Positions 7,255 through 15,907 are shown, counted from the first letter of the stretch. The stretch is 37,926 nucleotides of DNA from a virus (IMGVR_UViG_3300036791_001337:1-37926), one strand, 5' to 3'. Program-made: numbers and translations. The notes: generated by a model from the letters alone, not told the origin.

Positions 7255-8052
7255 TCAGGCGACGGCAGCCGCCACGCGGGCGCGCATCCTCAGCACCTCG
7301 AGGGCGCGCGAGTTCTCTTCCGTCTCGCCGTCGTCTTGCATCGGGCAGTCATGGTCCGCGCATTCGCCGTCGTCGCAGGCGACGTTCGAGCACCCCATGC
7401 AGTTGTCGTCCTCACAAGCGGTGCAGTCGCACTCGCAGCCGTTCGCGTTCTCTTCCTCATCGTCCTGGCGCTGCTGGCCGCGGCCGAGCACGGTCGCGAA
7501 GAGGCGGACGGAGCGCGGGCGCCCGTCGGGCCAGAGGGCGCGCTGATCGACGGAGGTCTGAGGATAGGCGGGAAAGGTGACGGGCGAAACGTCGAAGACA
7601 TCGACGGCGTGCAGCTCGCGGGTGTAGAGCGTGACGTTGCCGTCTTCGTCCTTCTCTTCGCCCCATTTTTCCTTGCGGACAATAAACCCGAACGAGCACT
7701 GGCTGATATCACCGCGGCCGATCGAGGTCAGCAGGTCCCGCGCGGCCTGAGTATCGGGCGTGTCGCAATCGAAGTGAAGGCCAGTATTGTCTTCGGCCAG
7801 GGAAAGGGTCCGCGCGGTCGTGCGCCCCAGGACTACGTCCGGGTTGTGATTCATCAGGCAGCGCACGTCAGGTTTCGTCGCGAGGCAAGCGGTGAAAGCC
7901 CCCGGCATCACCATCTCCCGGAAGGAAAACCAGGAGGAGCCGAGATCCTCAGATAGCTCATTGAAGACCGCGGCGTAACCTTCGATGCCGGGTTTCTCGC
8001 CCGCCTTGGCGCGGATATGAGCTTTCGCGATGATGCGGAATTCTCGTATCAT
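7255..8052 (-). CDS. Prohead protease, HK97 family (S78/U35), with a Cys-rich acidic C-terminal extension
   Basis: IEGYAAVFNELSEDLG...FREMVMPGAFTACL...VRCLMNHN matches the family. The C-terminus carries 9 Cys within residues 206-236. Confidence 0.88.
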   Translation of the reverse strand: MIREFRIIAKAHIRAKAGEKPGIEGYAAVFNELSEDLGSSWFSFREMVMPGAFTACLATKPDVRCLMNHNPDVVLGRTTARTLSLAEDNTGLHFDCDTPDTQAARDLLTSIGRGDISQCSFGFIVRKEKWGEEKDEDGNVTLYTRELHAVDVFDVSPVTFPAYPQTSVDQRALWPDGRPRSVRLFATVLGRGQQRQDDEEENANGCECDCTACEDDNCMGCSNVACDDGECADHDCPMQDDGETEENSRALEVLRMRARVAAAVA

Positions 8053-8095
8053 TGGGCTGCCTCCTGGAGTCTTCGAATCTCAAATCAGGTTCGCA

Positions 8096-8542
8096 TTACT
8101 CTCGATTCCGCCGGTGCGACCGCTCCGGTGTCGTCTGACCAGGCTCGGGCGCGAGCGTCACGTCAAGCGGCAGACCGGTTCCGAAGAGATCGCCAGCCCA
8201 TTCGGGGACGCCGTCGGCGGGCGCGACGACCGTAACGGTGTCCTCGATTTCAAGGGCGGCGATTGCGGTTCCGGGTGTGAACAGTTGAACCTTAACGGTT
8301 GTTTCGCCCACGGCGACCGGGCTTACTACACCGCTGGCCACCGAGGCAGTGCCGCTCGCGGGGTCGCGAGGATTCTGGATGCGGACCGGGTTCGGGTCCA
8401 GCGAAACCACGCCGATACCGGCGGGATCGGCGCCCACCTGGAGGCTGGCGCCGCCGGGAAGCGGCGCGCCGAGTCCGGCGGCATTCTTGGCGATGACATA
8501 AAACGGATAGTTGGGACCGTTTTGGCGTAGGGTCAAAGGCAT
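8096..8542 (-). CDS. Ig-like (Big_2-like) domain protein between portal and protease
   Basis: ATG preceded by AAGGAG. ...ASVASGVVSPVAVGETTVKVQLFTP...TVTVV resembles bacterial Ig-like domains. Confidence 0.5.
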   Translation of the reverse strand: MPLTLRQNGPNYPFYVIAKNAAGLGAPLPGGASLQVGADPAGIGVVSLDPNPVRIQNPRDPASGTASVASGVVSPVAVGETTVKVQLFTPGTAIAALEIEDTVTVVAPADGVPEWAGDLFGTGLPLDVTLAPEPGQTTPERSHRRNRE

Positions 8543-8613
8543 GACGGGTTCTCCTTATTTTTCAGTTTTGAGTAACAAGCTCTTTGCTAGGTCGATTAGC
8601 CTGATGTCGCGAG

Positions 8614-10389
8614 TCATTCCAGTTTGGAACGCCTCACAGGTAGCCGGAAGCGCACCTCGAGGCGGATCGCAGCCGCGGCGCGCGCCAGCTCACGGTCGGA
8701 TAGAGCGTCAAGTTCGCCATTAGCAGTGCGCCATTCCTGGACACGGGTTGCCATTTGATTGAGATAGTCGGCGGCGAAGCGCGAGGACTCGAAACCGGGC
8801 GCACCGTCGAAAGCGATTTCCGGACCGCCGCAGGCCTCCGCAATCGAGCACAGAATAGGCCCGAAAGTGAGGCGAATCGTCTCCGAATCGGGGTTGCGGC
8901 GTTTCAAAATGCGCCCAATGGCGTCGCGAAAGATGCGCGAATAGAGGCGAATTACGCGCGCATTCGTCTTGTCGCCGCCGGCGGATGGTTCATCGGCGGC
9001 CGGTTCGTCAGGTGGTTCGTCGGCTGGCGGCACAACCTCCTGAGGCTTCTCCTGACCGCCCATTGCGGTCATGTTGACGGGCATCCAGAGCGCGTCGGCG
9101 GCGGGGTCATCGACCGGGTTCCAGTCTTCCATCTCCCTGATGTCGTTGGTTGAGCCCACGCCCCACTGTTTGACGGTCGCGTAAAAGTTGCGGCGCGATT
9201 CCGCATCGGGCATGGCGAGCTGGCGGGTCTCGAATTTCGGGAAATACTTTCCGGCGGTCCGACCCATCTTCGGGAATACGCGGCGTTTCAGTTCCTGCGT
9301 CCAGGATTCGAGCCATGGTCCCAGGGTGAAGGTGACGAACTCAAGGCCGATCTGCTCGGTGTTGGCCCTGTTTTGCTTCCCCGTATCGCCGATCATGTGC
9401 GGCGGCACCGAGAAGATCGAGCAAATCTCATCCTTCTGGAATTGGCGCGTTTGCAGGAATTGCGCGGCCTCGTTTTCGGACGAGGCGGCTTCGAATTTCA
9501 TCCCCTCTTCCAACACCGCGGTCTTGTGCGCGTTCTCGCCGCCTTGCGCCTCCTGCCAGGAACGCTTCAGGTTCTCGCGCGCTTGCGTCGACAGTTTGCC
9601 GGGATGAGTGACGACGCCGCCGGGCCGGGCGCCGTTGCCAAAATATTTGCTCCCGTACTTTTCAGTGGCGAGAGCGAGGCCGACGGCTTGCCGGGTTAGC
9701 CAGATGACGGATTGCCCGAGGCGGCCGTCGAGGGCCAGGCCTGGGACGTGGATCATATCCTCGGCGGCAATCAGCCGCGGCGAGGAGAGCGGCTGCGCGT
9801 CCGTCTCAAGGTCGGTGAGTTCATCCACCCCTTCGGTCGTCTCATAAATCAGCGTGCCGGCCGGCACGACTTCACCGAATTGCCCGACGCACGTCGGTTG
9901 CATCACGCGGCGCGGTTTCGTCCGCGCGGGATTCCGTGGCCAGAGCGCCAGCACGCTATTGCCCTTGTCGCGCTGAATCTCAGCGTACAGATTGCCCCAC
10001 AGCAGCGCATGCGACTGCAACGTCTTGCGAAACGTCAGCGCGGTCATTTCCGGGTTGGGTTCATAGCGCAGGAGGTCGTAGACGTTGTGCTCGTAAGCGA
10101 TGCGCTTGCCAGGCCGGCGGTCGGCGGTGTCAATCCACTCGAAGACGTGGAGCGGCAGGAAGCCGATGGCGGACGAAATCAGTTGCACGCAGGCGAAGAC
10201 GGTCGAGACTTGCAACGCGGTCATTTCCGAGACGCGAATGCCGGAGTCCGTCCGGCCGCCGTTGAAAATATCGAGCAGCCATTCGGCGGGATACGACAGC
10301 GGCGTCGATGGGTTTTCGAGCGACGTCCGGTATTCGGGCAGCACCCAGCTACGGACGGCGTTGCGGAGCGCGGAACCGATGATACTCAT
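8614..10389 (-). CDS. Portal protein, HK97 family
   Basis: YFGNGARPGGVVTHPGKLSTQARENLKRSWQEAQGGENAHKTAVLEEGMKFE...ICSIFSVPPHMIG matches the Phage_portal pattern. 591 aa. Confidence 0.9.
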   Translation of the reverse strand: MSIIGSALRNAVRSWVLPEYRTSLENPSTPLSYPAEWLLDIFNGGRTDSGIRVSEMTALQVSTVFACVQLISSAIGFLPLHVFEWIDTADRRPGKRIAYEHNVYDLLRYEPNPEMTALTFRKTLQSHALLWGNLYAEIQRDKGNSVLALWPRNPARTKPRRVMQPTCVGQFGEVVPAGTLIYETTEGVDELTDLETDAQPLSSPRLIAAEDMIHVPGLALDGRLGQSVIWLTRQAVGLALATEKYGSKYFGNGARPGGVVTHPGKLSTQARENLKRSWQEAQGGENAHKTAVLEEGMKFEAASSENEAAQFLQTRQFQKDEICSIFSVPPHMIGDTGKQNRANTEQIGLEFVTFTLGPWLESWTQELKRRVFPKMGRTAGKYFPKFETRQLAMPDAESRRNFYATVKQWGVGSTNDIREMEDWNPVDDPAADALWMPVNMTAMGGQEKPQEVVPPADEPPDEPAADEPSAGGDKTNARVIRLYSRIFRDAIGRILKRRNPDSETIRLTFGPILCSIAEACGGPEIAFDGAPGFESSRFAADYLNQMATRVQEWRTANGELDALSDRELARAAAAIRLEVRFRLPVRRSKLE

Positions 10390-10395
10390 GAGGTT

Positions 10396-11685
10396 TTAGG
10401 CCGGGCCTCCGGTTCTTAGTACAAAGACATCGACGCGCTGCTTGGGCCAGTCGCCGCCGAGGGTGCATTCCCAGTCGCTGGTGAATAGGAAAAACTCTCC
10501 GTTCGGGCTCACGTTGCCTCGCGGGGTCGAGTAGAAGTTGCCTGTGCCGTCGCGCGAGGTCACGGCGGTCGAGTAATGGTGGGCGAGCCTCCACCAGCGG
10601 CCACTGCCGTCCGTGGCCAGGGCCAGGATTTCGTTGTCTCCGGCGGCGTCGGACGTCAGCGGAGTTCCGCGCGTGATCGGGTTCTCAAGGGCGTTCTCGG
10701 TGCTTATGAACAGAGGGCTGCGGTCTGCTCCGTCGGCTAACGCCGAGATGTGCGAGTCACTCCACCAGCCAGGGACTGGCTCCGGGATCGGGACCATCAG
10801 GTTTTGCCAAGCAGGGATGTTCCAGAGCGGAGCCTGAATCCATTGGAACGGGACGCTTTTGCTGACGTTGCCGTACCACGTCGAAAACCCCAACGCTTGA
10901 TGCGCGAGAACAGGTGTTTGCTCGGAGTGCGTGAGAAGTTGAAACACGAGCGACCCCGGCTGCCAGAAGGCCATTTTGTTCCCATCCATCACCGGTGCGA
11001 TTCGGACGGCAGTGCCGCTCTTCGCCATGCGAAGGTTATGGATCAGGAATGGTTCCCAGGGCTCGATCCGGCCGGACGCCCAGCCGCCATAAACGCCGGT
11101 TTGAGTATCGAGCCAGCAGAGGCCGCGCACTTCGTCCCAAACACACACGAGCGAATTGCGGTCTTGGGCGGGGCCGAGGCAGACCGCCACTCGATTGTCC
11201 CACCAGTCCGCGCTGAGCGACATAAGATACCAGCGCGGCTCATCAGGAATGCCGAGCTCCGGGTAATCCATCAAATCGACCACAGTTTCGATTTGTTCCG
11301 TCGTGCGGTTGTATTGATTGATGGAGAGTCCATCAATACACCAGATCAGGTCACGATTCTGGCCACTGAACACCGGATTTGAAACACCGCTGGGCAGCCG
11401 CCGCAGCAACTGCGCCTGAAAATCCGTGAATTGAAACAGCCAATTCCAACCGCTCAGATCACCGATCACGAACGCCGAGGTATCACAGGCCCACGGCTGA
11501 GTTTCACTCGAAGAGGGTGTGGTGAAGCTGGCACCGGGCTTTCCCGCGTCCGTGTTCTCATCCGTCACCCGAATCATGGGATTGCCACAGAAGGGGTCAA
11601 TCACCGTAGAACCTGCGGGGCCGAGCTCGGGAGGCGTGCAGGGGTAGGAAATAATGCTTTGGTCGGTAATCGCGTTGAAATTCAT
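10396..11685 (-). CDS. Trp-rich, probably beta-propeller protein (TolB/PD40-like C-terminal repeat) of unknown function
   Basis: 429-aa ORF tightly packed upstream of the portal. ...YSTPRGNVSPNGEFFLFTSDW...RVDVFVL resembles PD40-type blades. I recognise no catalytic motif. Confidence 0.45.
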   Translation of the reverse strand: MNFNAITDQSIISYPCTPPELGPAGSTVIDPFCGNPMIRVTDENTDAGKPGASFTTPSSSETQPWACDTSAFVIGDLSGWNWLFQFTDFQAQLLRRLPSGVSNPVFSGQNRDLIWCIDGLSINQYNRTTEQIETVVDLMDYPELGIPDEPRWYLMSLSADWWDNRVAVCLGPAQDRNSLVCVWDEVRGLCWLDTQTGVYGGWASGRIEPWEPFLIHNLRMAKSGTAVRIAPVMDGNKMAFWQPGSLVFQLLTHSEQTPVLAHQALGFSTWYGNVSKSVPFQWIQAPLWNIPAWQNLMVPIPEPVPGWWSDSHISALADGADRSPLFISTENALENPITRGTPLTSDAAGDNEILALATDGSGRWWRLAHHYSTAVTSRDGTGNFYSTPRGNVSPNGEFFLFTSDWECTLGGDWPKQRVDVFVLRTGGPA

Positions 11686-11692
11686 GGGCGCC

Positions 11693-11965
11693 TCAGTTCA
11701 TCTGCAGGTTGAATTTGATATTTACCCGCGTCAACGTGTAACCAAGGTCGGCGACGGCCGCGATGAGTGCATCCTTGGCGCTGTTCAGGTTGACGGTCTG
11801 CGAGAGCGTGTTGTCGTAAGGAAACGAACTGGCGAAATCCAACTGATTCGTTCCGTCACTGATGACGCCCTGATAGGAAATTTGAATCTGCTGGGGATTC
11901 GGCGGCGTGCCGCCGCTGAGATCGAAGCGGGTCACGGTTAGAAACGCGAAGGCTGGATTAGCCAT
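11693..11965 (-). CDS. 90-aa hypothetical protein
   Basis: ATG 11965 lies 1 nt after the upstream stop (TAAAATG). Coding-like composition and no overlap conflict. Confidence 0.55.
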   Translation of the reverse strand: MANPAFAFLTVTRFDLSGGTPPNPQQIQISYQGVISDGTNQLDFASSFPYDNTLSQTVNLNSAKDALIAAVADLGYTLTRVNIKFNLQMN

Positions 11966-11966
11966 T

Positions 11967-13013
11967 TTAGGCAAACTCCCAAACACGAATCAGACCAGCC
12001 GCCCCAGCCCCTCCTGCGAAGGGGCCGCCGGTCAACGCGAGGGCGCCATTGCCGCCGCCTCCATACTTTTTGCCTGGGCTTCCATTGTTCGAAGATGTCA
12101 GTCCCATCAGCGCGCCGCCGCCGATTGGAGCGCTTCCGCCACTGCCGGAAATCCCAATGGTGCCCGAAATCCTCCAGAGAGGGCCACCGTCACAACCGTC
12201 GAATTTGATATCACCCACGCCGCTGGCAGACGCTCCGCCCGCGCCCCCTGGGCCAATCACAGATGAGGTTCCCGCCGAGACGACGTTCGGTCCGCCGGCG
12301 CCAGCCTTGGCCGTACACACCGACGTAGGACTGTCGAAAGTGGTATCCGTTCCGTTGTTTCCGGGCAAGGCTGCCCCTGGTACGGCACCTCCGGCGCCGA
12401 CCTGTACGGTATAGGTTGTTTTAATCGAGCCTGTCAGCCATGCGGCGGAGTATGCTCCACCGGCACCGCCCGAGCCACAAGAACAATTCGAGGACGCATT
12501 GGCTGCGCCCCCACCCGACCCGCCGCCGCCGATACATTCGACGTAAAGAGCGCGGGCTCCTGGAGTCGGCGAATAGCTTGTGCCGGTGACGAGGTCGACG
12601 ATTTGAATCAGCCGATAGAGTGCAGCGAAAACGCCAGCGCCAAGCTGGGTTTCGATAGCGTTTAGCTCCGCCGCAAGCTGATTGTGACTGAGTGCCGTGA
12701 TGTTATTGAGCACGACCGCGGCGGCGCTGTGGCTGGCCGCCGTGGTGCCTTCCTTGGCCCGCACGCAGCTATTCAGGGTGTCGGCGGACCGCGACCCGAC
12801 GAAGATGATCTCGTCGTCGATCGACACCTCGAAACTGTCGGCGGGAAGCTGCGCTCCGGTTCCGGCGGTGAGAGTGATAGTCGTGACGGCGGCGGTGATG
12901 CCGGCCAAAAGCGTGGGCGGGCTTCCGGCCAGCGAAGGGGTAGTGTTCGCGAGCAACAGCAGGTCGGCAGGACCGGCAATCGCACCCGGGAATTTGGCGG
13001 TCGGTAGTGGCAT
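11967..13013 (-). CDS. Tail-fibre-like protein with a C-terminal glycine-rich domain
   Basis: N-terminal SFEVSIDDEIIFVGSRSADTLNSCVRAKEGTTAASH motif is common in phage fibre proteins. The C-terminal half is Gly-rich (GGGGSGGG, GSGGAGGA, GGGGNG). The start overlaps the TerL stop (TGATG). Confidence 0.6.
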   Translation of the reverse strand: MPLPTAKFPGAIAGPADLLLLANTTPSLAGSPPTLLAGITAAVTTITLTAGTGAQLPADSFEVSIDDEIIFVGSRSADTLNSCVRAKEGTTAASHSAAAVVLNNITALSHNQLAAELNAIETQLGAGVFAALYRLIQIVDLVTGTSYSPTPGARALYVECIGGGGSGGGAANASSNCSCGSGGAGGAYSAAWLTGSIKTTYTVQVGAGGAVPGAALPGNNGTDTTFDSPTSVCTAKAGAGGPNVVSAGTSSVIGPGGAGGASASGVGDIKFDGCDGGPLWRISGTIGISGSGGSAPIGGGALMGLTSSNNGSPGKKYGGGGNGALALTGGPFAGGAGAAGLIRVWEFA

Positions 13014-14635
13014 CAGAGCAGCGTGATCTTAGGCGCGGAAGGCTGTTGGTTGACCATCGCCCGCACCAGGGCATTCACCGCGGCGGCGATCCCGTCGATG
13101 CGCGCCGTCTCGCGCGACCGCTCCGGCTTGGCGAACATGAGGTTATCGTTTGACTCTTTGACGGAGAGCGACGCGGCGTTCCAGCGCAATACAGGGTGCC
13201 CGCCGTGGCGCAGTTTGCCATTGGCCACGAGCTCGAGGAATTTCTTGCTGGGGCTTGAAAGCGTGGCATAGCCCTGGCGCACCTCCACGCAGGCGTGGCC
13301 CTCCTCGACAAGCGGCACGGAAAGCTGCTGCGAGTTCCAGGGATCGAGACAGATCTCCTGGAGATCGAACATTTCGGCGCCCCACTCGAGACGGGCTTTG
13401 ACGTCGCGGTAATCGATCACATTGCCGGGGCTCAGCTCGAGGAACCCCTGCTCGGCCCAGGTGCTGTAGGGCATGCCGTCCTTGAGCTCGCGCGCGCGAA
13501 TCCCCTCTTCCGGCATCCAGAAAAACGGCAGCACGTCAAAGACGTCAGTTTCCTCATCGGGGAAGAGAAAGGCCACGGCCGTCATATCGGTGGTCATGGA
13601 GAGGTCGACGCCGGCCCAGCAGCGGCGCTCGATGAAGCGACCGAGCAGATCGTGCGGCAGCGGCCGGACTTTGTCCTCCGGATGCTTCGGGACCAGGCCC
13701 CGGGCTTTCCAATCGCCGGCGCACCGCGCCCACTGCTCGAGATTGATGACGCGGTTTTCCTTCTGGTCCCATAGATTCAGGTAGTAGCGCTTGAAACTGC
13801 GCTGCGCTTCGGGATCGGAGAGCGAGGCCTGGTACTTAGCGCGCAGCTTCTCGATATCGAGAAAACCGCCGTTTTCCTTTAGGCTCGGATTCGCCTTGAT
13901 CCAGGTGGCTTCCGAGGTCCAATCGTTACCCTTTTCGGCTCCATAAATGCGCCCGTAGAAGGTGGGATCGTCAATCACGCCCTCGCGGATCCGCTGCGTT
14001 TTCTCGTGCAGGCGCCAGGCGAGCGGCGATTCGTTCACCACGCCCGCGGTGGTGATGGCGATGGCGAGCGTCTGCCGGCGCGTGATCCCGCCGAGTGAGA
14101 GCACATCCCAGTTCTCGAGCTGCTTCCGGGTCCTCCAGCGATGCACCTCGTCGGCCACAGTGATGGCGGGATTGACGCCGTCGGAGAGATCTCCGTCGGC
14201 GGCGATCGCTGCATAGAAGCTGTCGGGATCCTTGCGGTTGATGATGCGGTTGGTCGACCGTAGCAGGCGGAAACGCTTGGCCAAGAGAGGGCTTTGCTCC
14301 ACCATTTTGCAGGCGGCACGGTAGACGTTCATCGCCTGGCGGCCGGCGGCGGCGGCGCCGTAGACCTGGAACCCTGGGTTTTGAGCCATAAAGAGCGAGA
14401 GCAGCACCAGGCCCGCGGCGAACTCGGTTTTTCCGGTCTTTTTAGGCACTTCTAAATAAGCGAGGGTGATGCGGCGCCGGCCTTGCTCGTCGAGTTGGCC
14501 GAAGATCTCAGAGAGCGCTTCCTCCTGCCAGGGCGCGAGCTGGAAGGGCTTGTCGTACCACTCGTCGGCGGTGTGCTTGAGAATGATCTCAAAGAAGTTG
14601 CAAGCGAGATCGGCTTGAGCTTGCGCAAATGCCAC
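13013..14635 (-). CDS. terL: Terminase large subunit (Terminase_1 type)
   Basis: FQLAPWQEEALSEIFG...AYLEVPKKTGKTEFAAGLVLLSLF (Walker A-like). 540 aa, downstream of TerS. Confidence 0.9.
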   Translation of the reverse strand: MAFAQAQADLACNFFEIILKHTADEWYDKPFQLAPWQEEALSEIFGQLDEQGRRRITLAYLEVPKKTGKTEFAAGLVLLSLFMAQNPGFQVYGAAAAGRQAMNVYRAACKMVEQSPLLAKRFRLLRSTNRIINRKDPDSFYAAIAADGDLSDGVNPAITVADEVHRWRTRKQLENWDVLSLGGITRRQTLAIAITTAGVVNESPLAWRLHEKTQRIREGVIDDPTFYGRIYGAEKGNDWTSEATWIKANPSLKENGGFLDIEKLRAKYQASLSDPEAQRSFKRYYLNLWDQKENRVINLEQWARCAGDWKARGLVPKHPEDKVRPLPHDLLGRFIERRCWAGVDLSMTTDMTAVAFLFPDEETDVFDVLPFFWMPEEGIRARELKDGMPYSTWAEQGFLELSPGNVIDYRDVKARLEWGAEMFDLQEICLDPWNSQQLSVPLVEEGHACVEVRQGYATLSSPSKKFLELVANGKLRHGGHPVLRWNAASLSVKESNDNLMFAKPERSRETARIDGIAAAVNALVRAMVNQQPSAPKITLL

Positions 14636-14641
14636 ACGCTC

Positions 14642-15196
14642 TTATTGCACCCTCGGCGGTTGCCCGGAAGAAGAGAAAGGACGGCGCTCGCGGGGCCGGG
14701 TCAGCAGGGCCATCAGGTCCTCGGTGCTGGTGTCCGGCTTCTCGATCGCGAGACGAGTCCGGCTAACCGGTGAGAATCCGAACTCGGAGCAGAATCCGCG
14801 CACCTGGCGCCAGGCAGCGTTCGAGATAGCAATGCAGGGATGCGCTTTCATCCGGACCGACACCACTTCACCTTCCTCGTCGAGCACCGGCTCCTCCACC
14901 GTCATGCCCGCGCCCTGCACGGCCAGGTCCGCCTCAACTGCCCGGGCATAATTCACGCAAGCGCCTTGCAGCATCATGGCGTCAGGGCGCGAGGCCAAGT
15001 TCATGTTGCGCAGTTCCGCCGCCCAGAAATTCCATGCAGTTCGCGCGCGTCCGCTGAGGTGTTGAGGGCAGCCAGGCAGGCCCGGGGTCGTCTGCACCTG
15101 GCGGTTCAGCCGCTCCTGCAGCTTGCCCATTCCCCGATCGCGCGGATCGCCCTCTGAAATCTGCCGTGCAACCGGTTTAGGTTTCCGCCCTTTCAT
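14642..15196 (-). CDS. terS: Terminase small subunit, P27 family
   Basis: MKGRKPKPVARQ...LSGRARTAWNFWAAEL...DAMMLQGACVNYARAVEA... matches the P27-family pattern. I use ATG 15196. Confidence 0.8.
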   Translation of the reverse strand: MKGRKPKPVARQISEGDPRDRGMGKLQERLNRQVQTTPGLPGCPQHLSGRARTAWNFWAAELRNMNLASRPDAMMLQGACVNYARAVEADLAVQGAGMTVEEPVLDEEGEVVSVRMKAHPCIAISNAAWRQVRGFCSEFGFSPVSRTRLAIEKPDTSTEDLMALLTRPRERRPFSSSGQPPRVQ

Positions 15197-15315
15197 CTTG
15201 AGGCTACATAACAGGGCTACAAGCAAATAAAATTACAAACCGGCGATTTCAATTTCGCCGATTTTCGCGTGCGGGCGGTCGGCGGTCTCCGGGCGGCCGC
15301 CTTTTGCAGAAAAAA
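15197..15315. promoter_or_regulatory. Candidate cos / packaging-recognition region between HNH and TerS
   Basis: 119-bp gap, rare in this operon. It holds an AT-rich patch, the small inverted repeat GGCGA-N8-TCGCC, CGGCGATTT/GCCGATTTT repeats and a G-rich block GGGCGGTCGGCGGTCTCCGGGCGGCCGCC. Confidence 0.35.
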
Positions 15316-15687
15316 CTACCCTATCCCCCCCGAGCGGGCGAAGGTTGAATCCTCGGTCGCGGTCTTGTGGCTATGGCATTGATGACAAGCGCCTTGCAGG
15401 TTCTCCATCGAGTCGTCGCCGCCCTTGGACTTCGGCGTGATGTGATCGGCTTCGGTGGACCGCGCGGTGCCGTCGCATAAGACGGCAATCCGACAGAGCG
15501 GGTCGCGGGCGATGACCATCAAGCGAAGTTTGCGCCAGCGCGCACCGTAACCGCGAGCGCTGGAGGATCCACGGAAGCGGTCGAATTGATGGCGGGGTGA
15601 TGCGGTCAGGTGTTGCGCGCAGTAAGGGCCCGCACAGAGGGCGCCGCAGTTCGGCACCCGACAGATTCGGTTCGCACGTTGTGGCAT
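15316..15687 (-). CDS. HNH endonuclease associated with the terminase (packaging HNH)
   Basis: MPQRANRICRVPNCG...YCAQH...GYGARWRKLR...EADHITPKSKGGDDSMENLQGACHQCHSHKT. I use internal ATG 15687, because the upstream part of the ORF is a shadow of a degenerate membrane-gene remnant. Confidence 0.85.
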   Translation of the reverse strand: MPQRANRICRVPNCGALCAGPYCAQHLTASPRHQFDRFRGSSSARGYGARWRKLRLMVIARDPLCRIAVLCDGTARSTEADHITPKSKGGDDSMENLQGACHQCHSHKTATEDSTFARSGGIG

Positions 15688-15689
15688 GT

Positions 15690-15905
15690 CAGTACGGTTC
15701 GGCCCCGAATGGAGCGGCCGATGAAGTAAGCGACGACGGCCAGGACCAGCGTCAAGGCGGCGCCCCGCCGTAGCCGCGCCGCGAGGGCGAGCCCCGGTCG
15801 CGGTCATATAGTGTGGGCGTCTGGCGCGCGTACGCGGTACAGTAGGCGCCCTCGCAAGCCGCGCCGCACCCGGGTGCGCGGCACCTGTTTCGCTCGGCGA
15901 GGCAT
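15690..15905 (-). pseudogene. Chimeric remnant: frameshifted 5' fragment of an HNH gene fused to the 3' fragment of a 2-TM membrane gene
   Basis: ATG 15905 gives MPRRAKQ. A +1 frame then reads RCRAPGCGAACEGAYCTAYARQTPTLYDRDRGSPSRRGYG (compare RICRVPNCGALCAGPYCAQH...RGSSSARGYG in the intact HNH). A further frame reads GAALTLVLAVVAYFIGRSIRGR (compare GAALTAALAITAYFVGRSIRNRL of 16251-16433). Confidence 0.6.
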
Positions 15906-15907
15906 AA

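Noticed and set aside
6705-7580. 291-aa and neighbouring plus-strand ORFs across the capsid/protease region (also 6065-6676 and 7180-7956)
   Set aside because: They are antisense shadows of clearly identified capsid and protease genes, with low-complexity Arg/Ser-rich translations.
9712-10419. 235-aa plus-strand ORF and other plus-strand ORFs within 8614-10389
   Set aside because: They are antisense to the portal gene, which carries strong family motifs.
15273-15290. Similarity of GGGCGGTCGGCGGTCTCC to the lambda cohesive end GGGCGGCGACCT
   Set aside because: The resemblance is only partial and could be chance in GC-rich DNA. I kept it as a weak pointer within the cos hypothesis, not as evidence of the actual cut site.
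15688-15807. N-terminal 40 codons of the 163-aa ORF-track version of the packaging HNH
   Set aside because: The Arg/Pro-rich extension is an out-of-frame reading of the degenerate membrane-gene remnant. HNH homology starts at MPQRANRIC (ATG 15687).
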